Assembly (NCBI GenBank): GCA_017482055.1
Contig: JAFUOH010000003.1
Span: forward strand, 14,222-78,221
DNA from: Clostridia bacterium
Lineage (GTDB): Bacteria; Bacillota; Clostridia; Oscillospirales; CAG-272
Reading direction: 5' to 3'
DNA: 64,000 bases
Every line of letters begins with the position of its first letter. Position 1 is the stretch's first letter. Under the pieces are notes generated by a model. It had not been told where the DNA came from and made no database searches. It saw only the letters and a program-made list of their open reading frames with translations. The position numbers were made by a program, and so were the translations under genes. Shown here one piece after another: positions 63,549 through 64,000 of this stretch.

Positions 63549-64000
63549 GTGCTGAAAGTTGTAAAATTCGGCGGCAGTTCGCTTGCGGATGCCGCACAGT
63601 TTAAAAAAGTTGCAAATATCATCAAGGCGGAGCCCGAGCGTCGTTATGTGGTGCCCTCCGCCCCCGGCAAGCGCCATAAAAACGATACCAAGGTCACCGA
63701 TATGCTTTACGCATGCTATGAGCTTGCGGCAAAGGGTGAGGATATCTCCAAATGCTTCAGCGAGATAGAGGATCGATATAACGGTATCATCAAGGAGCTT
63801 GAGCTTGATTTCTCCTTAGAGGAGGATTTCCACCTTATCAAGAACGCGTTCATCCACAAGGCAGGACGTGATTTCGCGGCAAGCCGCGGCGAGTACCTCA
63901 ACGGTAAGATTCTCGCAAAGTATCTTGATTTTGCATTCATCGACGCGGCAGAAGTGATCTTCTTCAACGATAACGGTAAGTTTGATTCGGAGCGTACTAA
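63549..64000 (+). CDS. Aspartate kinase (N-terminal part; runs off the right edge)
   Basis: GTG at 63549 follows AGAGG. The product starts LKVVKFGGSSLADAAQFKKV...VVPSAPGK..., the amino acid kinase N-terminal signature. The frame stays open to the window end. Confidence 0.8.
   Translation, partial: MLKVVKFGGSSLADAAQFKKVANIIKAEPERRYVVPSAPGKRHKNDTKVTDMLYACYELAAKGEDISKCFSEIEDRYNGIIKELELDFSLEEDFHLIKNAFIHKAGRDFAASRGEYLNGKILAKYLDFAFIDAAEVIFFNDNGKFDSERT

Noticed and set aside
1-64000. Mobile elements, prophage, defence islands, rRNA/tRNA genes
   Set aside because: I found no integrase, transposase or recombinase motifs, no terminal inverted repeats, no tRNA-like cloverleaf candidates in intergenic gaps and no repeat-spacer arrays. 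The window reads as core chromosome with a few possibly accessory genes.

Overview
The window looks like chromosomal DNA from a spore-forming Clostridia-type Firmicute. Evidence: spoVM, ytvI-like and remA genes, plus a yicC-to-thiN housekeeping block syntenic with Bacillus subtilis yloC-yloS. Coding density is high, and I saw no rRNA, tRNA, CRISPR array, transposase or integrase. From left to right the window contains: (1) a partial lipoprotein and a long sigma-70/ECF-like protein. (2) A seven-gene minus-strand cluster (2160-9207): a U32-like protein, three paralogous RdhA/QueG-like double-[4Fe-4S] proteins and a small cupin, translationally coupled and followed by uxaB-uxaA. This is my best candidate for an undescribed system. 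(3) A heterodimeric ABC exporter pair. (4) A PrsA-like PPIase and a YtvI-like permease. (5) Two tandem giant S8 subtilases, one with a degenerate catalytic Ser motif. (6) A GH36 alpha-galactosidase. (7) coaX plus an ECF S-component. (8) The housekeeping block yicC-remA-gmk-rpoZ-priA-def-fmt-(Zn peptidase)-rsmB-rlmN-stp-prkC-rsgA-thiN-spoVM. (9) A BlaI/BlaR1 pair in which the sensor carries an M23 peptidase domain. (10) metA. (11) A 1035-aa orphan surface protein. (12) nrdG, a PurM-like gene, rbsK, ruvX, an SGNH hydrolase, queH and a YgjP-like peptidase. (13) A transporter-less carbohydrate locus: two tandem AGE epimerases, AraC, a BNR/sialidase-like gene broken by one in-frame TAG, a tandem class II aldolase fusion, a GH127-like gene and RpiR. 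(14) A VanY-like carboxypeptidase with an N/Q-rich tail, and the start of aspartate kinase. All functional calls rest on motif recognition by eye. No database search was run.
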